Part shown: positions 46,860 through 56,350 of the stretch, in pieces
Layout of the letters: each line of letters starts with the position of its first letter
Position numbering within the stretch: position 1 is the first letter of the stretch
Origin: Rheinheimera sp.
GTDB taxonomy: Bacteria; Pseudomonadota; Gammaproteobacteria; Enterobacterales; Alteromonadaceae
Reading direction: 5' to 3'
DNA: 64,000 bases
Assembly: GCF_037442345.1 (NCBI RefSeq)
Contig: NZ_JBBIQL010000019.1
Location: 35,724-99,723 of the forward strand
The notes under the pieces: model-generated
The model's database searches: none
Seen by the model: the letters and a program-made list of their open reading frames with translations, nothing else
What the model was told of the DNA's origin: nothing
Translations under genes and position numbers: made by a program

Positions 46860-48767
46860 ATGCGTATCCTCTTGTTCGTTCTTGCTGTTGTATCAGGCCA
46901 GCTGATGGCTGAAGTGAAACTGCCTCGCCTGATCAGTGATGGCGCCGTATTGCAACGCGATAAAAGCATCCCGCTTTGGGGTTACGGCAGTGATGGCGAA
47001 GCGGTGGAGCTGTATCTGAATAACCAGCTGATTGGCAAAGCCGTGACCCGCCTTGGCCGCTGGCAAATCCAGCTGCCCGCTCAAAGCGCTGGCGGCCCGC
47101 ATCAGCTCAGAGTCAAAGGCCAGAATGAAGTGCAGGTGAACGACCTGTATTTTGGTGACGTCTGGGTGGCATCGGGCCAGTCCAATATGGAGATGCCAAT
47201 GGCGCGGCTGGCCGAGGCTTACCCGGCCGATCTGGCTGCTGCCCATTTTCCGCTGATCCGCCAGTTCAGCGTGCCGCAACACTACAACTTTAAAGCCCCC
47301 CAAACGGATCTGAGTGATGGCCGCTGGATGCAGGCTACAGCCGCCGATATTCAGCATTTTTCTGCGTTAGCCTATTACTTTGCCCGCGACCTGCAGCAAC
47401 AAATGAAGGTGCCCCTTGGTATCTTAAATAACGCGTTGGGCGGTTCGCCGGTGGAAGCCTGGCTGAGCGAAGAAGCACTACAGGCCTACCCGGAGGCACT
47501 GGCCGAAGCAAAAAAATTTAAAAACGATGGTTATATCGCCGAAGTAACCGCCGCGGATGCGGCGAAAAACCAGGCCTGGTATGGTGATTTAGCGGCCCGC
47601 GATCAAGGGCTGCAGGCCCCAACCCCCTGGTATCAGCCAGAATTGAATGACTCCGGCTGGAAAACTATTGAGCTGCCTGGCTTTTTACCCCAGGCTTTTA
47701 CCGGGGTCTGGTGGTTACGCCAGCGCATTGAATTAACCGCTGAACAGGCCAAACGGGCCACCGTATTGCGTCTTGGCAGCATAGTGGACGCCGACGAAGC
47801 CTATTTAAACGGCCAGAAAATTGCCGAAACCACTTATCAGTATCCGCCACGGCGTTACGACATTCCGGCCGGTTTACTGAAGGCTGGAACCAACCTGTTA
47901 GCGGTCCGTATTACCTCCACCCAAGGCAAAACCGGCCTGATGCCGGACAAGCCGTATTGGATAGGTACCGATCAGCAGCAACTGCCTCTTGGTAAAAGCT
48001 GGAAAATGCAGTTGGGCGCCAGCGCCTCCCCCCTGCCTGGCGATACCTTTATCCGCTGGAAACCGCTGGGGCTTTATAACGGCCTGACTGCGCCTTTAAC
48101 CTGGCTGCCGGTCAAAGGGGTGATCTGGTACCAGGGGGAGTCCAATGTGGGGGCTTGTGCTCAGTACCAACAACGTTTTGAACAGATGATTCACGTCTGG
48201 CGCCGCGCCTGGCAGCAACCGGATTTGCCGTTTTTGTATGTGCAGCTGGCCAATTTTTTAGAGAAAACCACCACACCAACAGACAGCAGTTGGGCAGGCC
48301 TGCGTGAAGCGCAGCGCCTGACACAGCGGGTACCGCACACCGCCATGGTGGTGGCGCTGGATACCGGCGAATGGAATGATATTCACCCGGTGGATAAACG
48401 TACTTTAGGGCAACGTCTGGCGCTGGCTGCCCGCGCTGTGGCTTACCAGGAGCCCTTGGGGTATCGCGGACCGGAAATTGCCTCGGTGAAAACAAAAGGT
48501 CAGCACTTGCTGCTGAGTTTTCACTTTACCGACCAAGGCCTGGTGCTGAAAGGGCCACACAGTGACCAGGCCTTTGCCATTGCCGGCAAAGACGGTCGTT
48601 ATGTCTGGGCCAGGGTGCAGCAACAAGGCGACCAGTTACTGTTGTCTTCCCCTGAAGTGTCTGAGCCAGTGTCGGTGCGCTACGGCTGGGCCGATAACCC
48701 GGATGCCGTTCTTTACAACGGCCTGGGCTTACCCGCCAGCTCCTTTGAAGCCAAAGTGGATTTGTAA
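46860..48767 (+). CDS. Sialate O-acetylesterase-family (SGNH) carbohydrate acetylesterase with internal beta-sandwich
   Basis: Signal peptide, GQSNMEM, WYQGESN, QLANF, NDIHP. Confidence 0.88.
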   Translation: MRILLFVLAVVSGQLMAEVKLPRLISDGAVLQRDKSIPLWGYGSDGEAVELYLNNQLIGKAVTRLGRWQIQLPAQSAGGPHQLRVKGQNEVQVNDLYFGDVWVASGQSNMEMPMARLAEAYPADLAAAHFPLIRQFSVPQHYNFKAPQTDLSDGRWMQATAADIQHFSALAYYFARDLQQQMKVPLGILNNALGGSPVEAWLSEEALQAYPEALAEAKKFKNDGYIAEVTAADAAKNQAWYGDLAARDQGLQAPTPWYQPELNDSGWKTIELPGFLPQAFTGVWWLRQRIELTAEQAKRATVLRLGSIVDADEAYLNGQKIAETTYQYPPRRYDIPAGLLKAGTNLLAVRITSTQGKTGLMPDKPYWIGTDQQQLPLGKSWKMQLGASASPLPGDTFIRWKPLGLYNGLTAPLTWLPVKGVIWYQGESNVGACAQYQQRFEQMIHVWRRAWQQPDLPFLYVQLANFLEKTTTPTDSSWAGLREAQRLTQRVPHTAMVVALDTGEWNDIHPVDKRTLGQRLALAARAVAYQEPLGYRGPEIASVKTKGQHLLLSFHFTDQGLVLKGPHSDQAFAIAGKDGRYVWARVQQQGDQLLLSSPEVSEPVSVRYGWADNPDAVLYNGLGLPASSFEAKVDL

Positions 48768-48782
48768 GCATTCAACTGCAAA

Positions 48783-48806
48783 AGTGGCGCAGCAAGCTAC
48801 GCCACT
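48783..48806. terminator. Hairpin between the convergent esterase and DUF6445 genes
   Basis: AGTGGCG...CGCCACT. Confidence 0.45.
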
Positions 48807-48839
48807 ACAATACACTGCTCTGTGGCCTGCGGTGCTGCT

Positions 48840-49541
48840 TTACGGCTGGCAATCAATAAAACTGCTGATGGTCAGCCGTCCCTGTCGAGGGTCGGCTGAT
48901 AAGCAGGTGTCTGGCCCTATTTGGGCGCTGTGCAGCAAGGTGCGGCGGTACACCACCAGACGGTTAAAACAGCCCTCCACTGCGCCCAGCTGGCAGAACA
49001 GTGGGGTATCGCCCTGAATATAACCCGCGTCAGTCCCAGGAATGTCTGGGCCGGAGTTTTCACTTTCCAGTGAGCGGTAATAAAGCTGGGTTCGGCTTTC
49101 ATCAATGGTCTCAAAGCCAGTTTTGCGGTGCCGGTAAAAAGCCGTGCCCCCCTGGTTGCCCTGAAACAGATAATGCACTGCCGCCAGCGCATGGGGGTCG
49201 GTGGTATCAAAATGCGGAATACGCTGCAATAACTTCAGCTGGTCTGGTGCAGTGGTCACCAGGGAATAATGACAGACTGAAAAGCTCAGTTTTTCCGATG
49301 GCAACGCGAACACCTTGCAAATTGTGCTTTGCAGGCTGTGCAAAAAACGCTGACGGTAGGCTTCTGGTGCCAGCGCCCGCACGCCAGGGTAATAAGGTGA
49401 ATTGGCCACAAAACTTTGTTTGCAGGCGTCCTGCACCCACAGGTCTGGCCGGGCAGAAAAATGATCCACCACCAGCACCGGCTGCTGCTCCTGACCCAGC
49501 GGCAGTACCTTGAGCTGCATGGACGGTGCCAGGCCTAACAT
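48840..49541 (-). CDS. DUF6445-family protein (predicted Fe(II)/2OG oxygenase fold), paralog 2
   Basis: YPGVR, IPHFD, GGTAFYRH, LLHS, GRLT; start overlaps the halogenase stop. Confidence 0.78.
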   Translation of the reverse strand: MLGLAPSMQLKVLPLGQEQQPVLVVDHFSARPDLWVQDACKQSFVANSPYYPGVRALAPEAYRQRFLHSLQSTICKVFALPSEKLSFSVCHYSLVTTAPDQLKLLQRIPHFDTTDPHALAAVHYLFQGNQGGTAFYRHRKTGFETIDESRTQLYYRSLESENSGPDIPGTDAGYIQGDTPLFCQLGAVEGCFNRLVVYRRTLLHSAQIGPDTCLSADPRQGRLTISSFIDCQP

Positions 49542-51049
49542 GCGCCGGCCATCATCTTCGACGGGCAGGCAATGCCGGATGCACAATAAGCACGGATAAA
49601 GTCCTGATGCGACGGCAAAGGTTCCACCGCCCGACGAATACTGCTGCGGATTTGCTGCAGATGCGCTTTCATCTCGGCTTCCGGCACGCTGGCCACCAGC
49701 TGATGGTAACTCTTGGGCTCCAACCGCTGACCCAACATTACATGAGTCCAGGATTCCAGCCGGAACATTTCATCACCGGTTTGAAAGGCCAAAGCACTGT
49801 CACGGAACAATTCCATACGATGCGCCAGGCTGTCAGGAATCGACATGGTACGGCAATAATTCCAGAACGCGCTGTCACTGCGTTCAGTCTGATGGTAATG
49901 CAAAATAATAAAGTCGCGGATTTTCTCCAGCTCCCGAATGGACTGCTGGTTGTATTCCCCGGCCAGAGCGTCAGTCACACCAGCAAATGGAAACAGCCGC
50001 AATAACCGAATGACACCATTCATAAAGAGGTAAATGCTGGTCGATTCCAGCGGTTCAATAAAACCACTGGACAAGCCGAGCGCCACACAGTTGCGGTGCC
50101 AGAACTTTTTACGCCGCCCGGTCTGGTAACTCAACACCCGAGGCTCCATCAAAGGGGCGGTTTCCAGATTCCCCAGCAACTGCTGGCGGGCCTGTTCATC
50201 CGACAGGTAATCAGCCGCATACACCAGTCCATTGCCCACCCGGCTTTGCAGCGGAATACGCCACTGCCAACCGGCCTGATGGGCCATGGCTCTGGTGTAA
50301 GGCGGCAGTGTTGCTGCAGACTCAGTTTGCACCACCACGGCTTTGTTGCAGGGCAACCAGTGGTCCCAGCGTTCAAAACCGGTGTTTAACGTCTGTTCAA
50401 TCAGCAGAGCACGAAAGCCGGTGCAGTCGATAAATAAATCGCCATCAATGCGCTGGCCGTCGGCCAGCACTAACGCACTGATGTCGCCATTGGGGTGCTG
50501 CTCGACCTGCTGAATTTTGCCTTCAATACGACTGGCGCCCAAGGCCTCACTGAACTGACGTAAAAAACGGGCATAACGGCCTGCGTCCAGATGATAGGCG
50601 TAGCTCAGGCCGCCCTGGCTGCTTTTGGCAAACTTATGCGCCAGCGCGGCCTGCAGCTCGTAACAATAATCCGAGAATGGCGCGTCCTCCCCCAAAGTTT
50701 TGCCATGCAGGTAATAATGCTGAAAATCAGCCAGAAAACTGCCGCGGCCTGTGGTGCCAAAGGGGTGAATATAACGGTCGCCCTGCGCTCCCCAGTGTTC
50801 AAAGGAGATGCCCAGTTTAAAGGTGGCGTCAGTCGCCCGCATAAAGTCCTGCTCGTCGATGCCCAGCAGATTATGAAACAAAGTGACAGGCGGAATGGTG
50901 GACTCGCCAACCCCCACAGTGCCTATGTCTTCCGACTCCACCAGCACCAGCTCAATCTGGCCCTGAAGGCGTTTAGACAGCGCTGCGGCCGCCACCCAGC
51001 CGGCAGTGCCACCTCCTGCAACCACCACTTTTTTTACTTTGTTTTGCAT
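49535..51049 (-). CDS. Tryptophan-halogenase-family flavin-dependent halogenase, paralog 2
   Basis: GGGTAG, GVGESTIP, ATFKLGI, GWQWRIP, FIEPLES. Confidence 0.88.
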   Translation of the reverse strand: MQNKVKKVVVAGGGTAGWVAAAALSKRLQGQIELVLVESEDIGTVGVGESTIPPVTLFHNLLGIDEQDFMRATDATFKLGISFEHWGAQGDRYIHPFGTTGRGSFLADFQHYYLHGKTLGEDAPFSDYCYELQAALAHKFAKSSQGGLSYAYHLDAGRYARFLRQFSEALGASRIEGKIQQVEQHPNGDISALVLADGQRIDGDLFIDCTGFRALLIEQTLNTGFERWDHWLPCNKAVVVQTESAATLPPYTRAMAHQAGWQWRIPLQSRVGNGLVYAADYLSDEQARQQLLGNLETAPLMEPRVLSYQTGRRKKFWHRNCVALGLSSGFIEPLESTSIYLFMNGVIRLLRLFPFAGVTDALAGEYNQQSIRELEKIRDFIILHYHQTERSDSAFWNYCRTMSIPDSLAHRMELFRDSALAFQTGDEMFRLESWTHVMLGQRLEPKSYHQLVASVPEAEMKAHLQQIRSSIRRAVEPLPSHQDFIRAYCASGIACPSKMMAGAC

Positions 51050-51076
51050 GGTGTAAATCCCTGTCAATTGATTGGC

Positions 51077-52111
51077 TTATCGGTTCAAGCGTTGCAGCAA
51101 CATAGCGCGCAACTGGCGGGCTTTTTGCTCGTCCAGCCCACCCAGCAGCCCCTGCGCAGCGTCAGGCAAATGCGCTACCGACTGCTCTGGTTCAAAAATG
51201 TAATAGTCGAGAATGGCGCGCCAGGCGCGGCGTTCATGCACGGGTTTATCTTTTAACGTCAACAAGGCGTGGTACAGCAGGTTGGAACCTGCGCCTGTGT
51301 AACGCGGTGCCTCACTCCACCAGTAATTAAGCAGCACATTAAAGGACCCCAGTGCCTCGACCTGATGCCACCACATGGCCGGTAAATACAAAGCGTCACC
51401 AGGCTCCAGCTCCACCACCTGTGCTACCGCCTGTGCTTTTGCAAAGTTGGGGAATTTCTGCAGGTCCGGATTGGCAACATCAACCAGACTAATCACCTGC
51501 CCGCCCGGTGTGGGCTCAAGCGGCCCAGGGTATAAATTGGCAATTTGCTCAGGCGGGAACAAGGTAAAACGGCGCTTGCCGGCAATAACGCACGCCAGGT
51601 TGTCGGACGAGTCATAATGACAGGCCGCCAATGAACGGTTGCCCAGCCACAAGCTGATCCGCTCTGCTTCTGTCGGATACGGCAAGGCTTGTTTTGGCCA
51701 GTCCAGCTGGTTTTGTTGCAGCAACAGCGGAAAATGACTTTGGATCAGGTTGGAGGCGATATAAAGCGATGGCGGTTGTGGTTCCTGCTGCCACTGCAAC
51801 AGTTGGTGCAGTACGTCATCCACCCTGCCAATACGGGCTTCAAAGTTTAATGCCGTGTAATCGTCATTGTAAAAGTAGCGGCCATTCAGCCCCGGCTCGC
51901 CATAATAGACCTGGGTCGTGCGGCCGTTGTAATGGGTCAGCAGGTAATCGGCCACCGAAGCTGCGCTGTGCTGGCCAGCCTGCAGCAAAGGCCAGTGGCT
52001 CAGCAGACCTTTGATCAGTACCGGGCCCTGGCCGTCCAATAAATCGACCGGCACCTGGCCGGGGTCGCATTGCACCTGCCGCACGGCAACGACCTCTGGC
52101 GACGCACTCAT
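51077..52111 (-). CDS. Cupin-like 8/JmjC-domain protein (Pass1-related)
   Basis: LWLG, ACHYD (HxD), GKRRFTLF, LEPGDALYLPAMWWHQV (distal His). Confidence 0.85.
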   Translation of the reverse strand: MSASPEVVAVRQVQCDPGQVPVDLLDGQGPVLIKGLLSHWPLLQAGQHSAASVADYLLTHYNGRTTQVYYGEPGLNGRYFYNDDYTALNFEARIGRVDDVLHQLLQWQQEPQPPSLYIASNLIQSHFPLLLQQNQLDWPKQALPYPTEAERISLWLGNRSLAACHYDSSDNLACVIAGKRRFTLFPPEQIANLYPGPLEPTPGGQVISLVDVANPDLQKFPNFAKAQAVAQVVELEPGDALYLPAMWWHQVEALGSFNVLLNYWWSEAPRYTGAGSNLLYHALLTLKDKPVHERRAWRAILDYYIFEPEQSVAHLPDAAQGLLGGLDEQKARQLRAMLLQRLNR

Positions 52112-52857
52112 CCGGCAACCCGCACTGTCTGTGGCGCTGAACTTTGCCGGTTTTTGCGTTCAATCAGCACTTGAATATTGCTCATGGAGCTGACCTGGGC
52201 AAACAGCAACGCCAGGAGACCGGTTTGGTTTAATGCGGCCAGCTCACTCCCTGTTAACTGGGCCAGCCGCTGCTGATCAATGCAGTAGTTGCCGAGCAGA
52301 CGGTATTTTTCACCATTGTCCAGACTGAACTCAATGCTGACGGGCCGCAGCAAGCCCAAAGGCTCAATAGCGGCAAAAAAATCCGGTTGCCTCTGATGCC
52401 CCAGATGCAGACGCTGCAGCAGATCAATCATATGCTCCAGATAGGCGCTGTGGCCGCCCTGAGGTAAAAACAATGGCTGGCCCTGCTCTGTACTGACTTT
52501 AGGGTGCGCGGGATCAATATGGATCACCGGTGTCGGCTGTGCATCGCCCTGCTGGCGCTGAAAACCAATCAGAAAGGGGCCTTTTTCAAGGCTGGCCGGT
52601 ACCACTCTGGCATCCCAGCCGGATGCCAGCGACTCATTCAGGTAAAGGTTTTCACCGGGCGCAAACCCCAGCAAGGCTGTGGCATAAAACACACCGTCCT
52701 GCTGGCGGAATAAAATTGGGTATTCTTTTTGCAATTGCAGAAATTCAGAAGGATAAACGGGCACTACGGCCTGGTTGTCGCCAAAAGCGGCAGAAAAACG
52801 CGGCAGAACGCGAAGATCCTGATGGTCGAGATTATTCAGTAATACATGCCTGTGCAT
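52108..52857 (-). CDS. sapC: SapC-family protein
   Basis: LLNNLDHQDLR, EFLQLQKEYPILF, LLGFAPGENL, GPFLIG; typical position after a TBDR. Confidence 0.8.
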   Translation of the reverse strand: MHRHVLLNNLDHQDLRVLPRFSAAFGDNQAVVPVYPSEFLQLQKEYPILFRQQDGVFYATALLGFAPGENLYLNESLASGWDARVVPASLEKGPFLIGFQRQQGDAQPTPVIHIDPAHPKVSTEQGQPLFLPQGGHSAYLEHMIDLLQRLHLGHQRQPDFFAAIEPLGLLRPVSIEFSLDNGEKYRLLGNYCIDQQRLAQLTGSELAALNQTGLLALLFAQVSSMSNIQVLIERKNRQSSAPQTVRVAG

Positions 52858-52879
52858 ACATTTCGTCCTGTTACTGCCA

Positions 52880-52920
52880 AAAAGGTCAAAGCGAAGCTGC
52901 GCCTGATGACGCAGCTTCGC
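52880..52920 (-). terminator. Terminator-like hairpin between TBDR2 and sapC
   Basis: 11-bp perfect arms GCGAAGCTGCG / CGCAGCTTCGC followed on the minus strand by TTTGACCTTTTT. Confidence 0.7.
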
Positions 52921-52939
52921 TCACTACAGACCGACCAGG

Positions 52940-55900
52940 TTAGAAACTATACCTCATACCAATCTGATAACGGGCATCCAGATCGGTCAGATACCACATC
53001 ATCGCTTCGTTACGGGCATGAGAGCGGCTGTCTTCGCCGGTCAGGTTCAGGCCTTCAAAAGACACCGTCAGCTTCTCATTAAAGGCGTAGCTGATGCTGG
53101 CGTCGATTTGCCAGTACGCTTCTTCAAAGCGTGGGTTGTTAGAGCCACCTTTGTTGACCTCCGCCAGGTATTTATCCCGCCAGTTCCAGGCCAGACGGGC
53201 CTGCCAGCCAGCGTTTTCATAAATACCCACCAGGTTAGCGGTGTCACTCAAGCCCACCAACGCAAACTGCGACTGGCTGGGGTCTGCGGCCACATCAAAG
53301 CCGACATCACCACGCACTATGGTGTAGTTGGCCTGCACACCAAAACCACTGTCGCCGAAGAAATGCTGCATCGCAAGCTCTGCCCCATAAATCTTCGCCG
53401 ATCTGTTGTTATCCGGTGTGCTGGTCCGGAACACCACCTCTGGGTCATCAGCATTGGCACGCAAATCAAAGCCAGCATGGTTGGCCAGGAAATCGATTTG
53501 AGCGGCACTGCCGGTAAACTGAGGGTTGCTGCCGTACTCTGCAATCATGTCCGGATGAGTGCGGTATTCGTTAAAGACCATCATGGCATAGAGGTAAGTG
53601 TCATCAACCGGGTAACCACCCGCTCGCAGGTCTTCTACCGCAGCCAAAGCGCGAGGACCGGCAGTGACATCCTGAATCCCCAATAATGGCTGGTCAACCT
53701 GACGGCTGCCGATAAAGTTAATGACGTCTTTCTGGAACAGGCCAACAGCGGCATAACTGTCGTCTTTGTAGTAATACTCCAGCGACAAGTCGTAGTTGGA
53801 CGATTCCAGTGGCAACAACCCTGGATTGGACGCATTGGCTGTCGGCTGCGCACCAAACAAGGTGGAACCACCACCGCCACCAAAGTTGGACGCCGATACC
53901 CCCAGGCTGCCTAAACCAGCGCGGGCCAGGGTTTTACTGAAGGAGAAACGGCTGATTAATTCATCCGACAGGTGCAAGGTTAAATCCAGGCTTGGCAACA
54001 GGTAATCGTACTTGTTATTGGCACTGAACGGTGCCGCCGGCACACTGCCGTCGACATAAGACACGATGTCGTTGTTGTCTTCCCACTGGAAGTAGACTCT
54101 GCTGACCAGCGAGCTGGACTCGGTTTTGGTTTCTTCATAACGTAAACCGGTCAACACATCAAAAGGCATTTTGCCAATTTCACCTTGCAGAAATACCTGG
54201 AAGTAAGCCGCTCTGGTGTCTTCCTGCACAATATTGTCAAAGGACAAACTGGTTTCTGACGCGGTCGGAATACCTGGGTACAGACCCAGCGCGGCTTCAT
54301 ACAAAGCGCGGGGGTCGGCGATAAAACCATAACCACCAGCCAAAGCGCTGTAATCGTCAAACTCACCTGGCAGATCAAATGGCTGAATTAGATCACCGAA
54401 TTCGCCTGGGTTACCGACGTTCCAGTTGCCCAGCGCTATATTGTTACCCGCCGTTTGCATAGAGCGGGATTCCATATTGCGGGCTTCAATACCAAAGTCA
54501 AAATGCCCGTCATCCAGCAGGTAACGGCCATCCAGTTTGATTTGGGTAATGTCACTGCGCTGGCTGGCATTGCGGATACGGGCAATGGATGAACCCACAT
54601 CACCGGCGTCGACCATGCCATTGGCATTGGCGCCTTTGCCTGGCACTGTGTCGTCGTACACATTGAGGTACGTGGGCAAATCGGCGCCCCAGAACCATTC
54701 ACGCGAGGTGACAATAGGCGCCCCTAAACCAACCGCCAGCTCACCCGAGTTGCGTGGGCCTGTGCCGCGGCTGAACATACTGGAATCATGCGCATCCAGC
54801 GTCAGGCTGAGATCATCATTGATGTCATAATCCAGGTTCAGACCGGCAGATTTTAAGGTGTTGGTCTGTTCGCGCCATTGCTGCTCATAACCTTCGTCCA
54901 CAGCGCCATTGTAAGTTTCCTGCACATAGACAGGGGTTTTCACAATGTTATTGTCAAACTCCACCACTTTGGTGTTGCTGCCGTTTTGCATCCAGTTGGT
55001 CACTTCACCGCGGTGTTCAGCCAGATTGTTTTCCGCAAAGGTGTAGTCTGCCGTGACGGTAAAGTTTTCTTTAGGCCGGTACTGCAAAGTCAGCTGAGCA
55101 TTGTCACGTTCACGTTCTGTGTTGGAAAAGGCGTAACGAATATCGTTGGGCCGGGCATAGAGCTGCCCCTGTGAAGGTGCGTTGATCACCTGGGTATTGA
55201 CGTTATTCCAGGTGCGGTCCAAATCGGCAATATCGTCCCAATAAGAAACCTGCCAGTCATTGACTGTGGCCCCTGTGTACCCTGAATCCCGCTGCTGATG
55301 GCTGGCAGACAGACTGACACCAAACGTATCGTCTTCGGTCACAGTACTGAAAATACCCGAGATTTCCGGCGTGACATCATCGCCGGTTCTGTTGGTGGTG
55401 TCGTGCGCAGCCTTCACACCTATGCTGGCCACATCCTGATCGCTTTCCAGCGGACGGGCCGTTTTGATATTCAGGGTTGCCCCCATACCGCCGGTGGCAA
55501 TATTGGCTTTACTGGTTTTGTATACTTCCACACCGCTGATACTTTCAGAGGCCAGGTTGGAAAAGTCAAAAGCCCGGGCACTGCCGCCACGGGTGGTGCC
55601 ATCTGCACCAGAACCCGCACCGTAGGTCGTTGCCGCCGGCATGGTGCGGCCGTTTAAGGTGACCATATTGTTGTCACCACCAAAACCACGCACTGTGACT
55701 TCAGCACCTTCACCATTGGTGCGGCTGATCGACACCCCTGTAATACGCTGCAAGGATTCAGCCAGGTTGGTGTCCGGGAATTTCCCTATGTCTTCGGCGG
55801 AAATCGCGTCCACCACCCCGATGGATTCTTTTTTAATGGCGGTAGCAGCCTGCATACTGGAGCGTATGCCTTTCACCTGGATAACTTCGACTTGCTGAGT

Positions 55901-56011
55901 GTCTGATGTGTTTGCCTGTTGTGCTATTACCGGAGTCACCACTGAACCACCGAGTAACACAGATAACGCTCTGGCTACTGCAGTTTGGGTGAACCTGCGT
56001 TGATTTGTCAT
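52940..56011 (-). CDS. TonB-dependent receptor (glycan-locus type), 1023 aa
   Basis: Signal peptide, EVIQVKG, DAISAEDIGKFPDTNLAESLQRITGVSI, C-terminal YQIGMRYSF. Confidence 0.94.
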   Translation of the reverse strand: MTNQRRFTQTAVARALSVLLGGSVVTPVIAQQANTSDTQQVEVIQVKGIRSSMQAATAIKKESIGVVDAISAEDIGKFPDTNLAESLQRITGVSISRTNGEGAEVTVRGFGGDNNMVTLNGRTMPAATTYGAGSGADGTTRGGSARAFDFSNLASESISGVEVYKTSKANIATGGMGATLNIKTARPLESDQDVASIGVKAAHDTTNRTGDDVTPEISGIFSTVTEDDTFGVSLSASHQQRDSGYTGATVNDWQVSYWDDIADLDRTWNNVNTQVINAPSQGQLYARPNDIRYAFSNTERERDNAQLTLQYRPKENFTVTADYTFAENNLAEHRGEVTNWMQNGSNTKVVEFDNNIVKTPVYVQETYNGAVDEGYEQQWREQTNTLKSAGLNLDYDINDDLSLTLDAHDSSMFSRGTGPRNSGELAVGLGAPIVTSREWFWGADLPTYLNVYDDTVPGKGANANGMVDAGDVGSSIARIRNASQRSDITQIKLDGRYLLDDGHFDFGIEARNMESRSMQTAGNNIALGNWNVGNPGEFGDLIQPFDLPGEFDDYSALAGGYGFIADPRALYEAALGLYPGIPTASETSLSFDNIVQEDTRAAYFQVFLQGEIGKMPFDVLTGLRYEETKTESSSLVSRVYFQWEDNNDIVSYVDGSVPAAPFSANNKYDYLLPSLDLTLHLSDELISRFSFSKTLARAGLGSLGVSASNFGGGGGSTLFGAQPTANASNPGLLPLESSNYDLSLEYYYKDDSYAAVGLFQKDVINFIGSRQVDQPLLGIQDVTAGPRALAAVEDLRAGGYPVDDTYLYAMMVFNEYRTHPDMIAEYGSNPQFTGSAAQIDFLANHAGFDLRANADDPEVVFRTSTPDNNRSAKIYGAELAMQHFFGDSGFGVQANYTIVRGDVGFDVAADPSQSQFALVGLSDTANLVGIYENAGWQARLAWNWRDKYLAEVNKGGSNNPRFEEAYWQIDASISYAFNEKLTVSFEGLNLTGEDSRSHARNEAMMWYLTDLDARYQIGMRYSF

Positions 56012-56122
56012 TCTCGTACCATCCCTATTGATTTGTGCTGGCTAAGTCAACCAACTACCAGGCTTGCCGGCTTGTATTTATAGCGTGCGCCGGTTTTACC
56101 TGGAGCCTGCGGCACCACCAAA

Positions 56123-56136
56123 TGTAAGCCCTTACA
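56123..56136. promoter_or_regulatory. LacI-family-type operator upstream of TBDR2
   Basis: TGTAAG-CC-CTTACA, one base from the palindrome TGTAAGCGCTTACA. Confidence 0.6.
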
Positions 56137-56225
56137 GAGGCTCAGTTCAGCAATGACCGCCATTGATTGTAGTGGCGGAAACCGCTGCAGGAAGTTGCCA
56201 AAATACGTTAGCTTTTTGCTTTTTT

Positions 56226-56239
56226 TGGTAACGCTACCA
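56226..56239. promoter_or_regulatory. Second LacI-family-type operator
   Basis: TGGTAACGCTACCA, one base from the palindrome TGGTAGCGCTACCA, with a central CG. Confidence 0.5.
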
Positions 56240-56350
56240 TGGCCTAAAGACCGTAGCGCCTGAGACAAAACGCAGATTTGCAGCGCCGGATAGCGGTATA
56301 AGCGGTGATTTTGCTACTATGAAGGCATCTGCCTCCGTGAATTTTGTGCG

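Noticed and set aside
50591-53686. 221-aa and 222-aa plus-strand ORFs (50591-51256, 53018-53686)
   Set aside because: Antisense to halogenase 2/cupin and to TBDR2; no independent coding evidence
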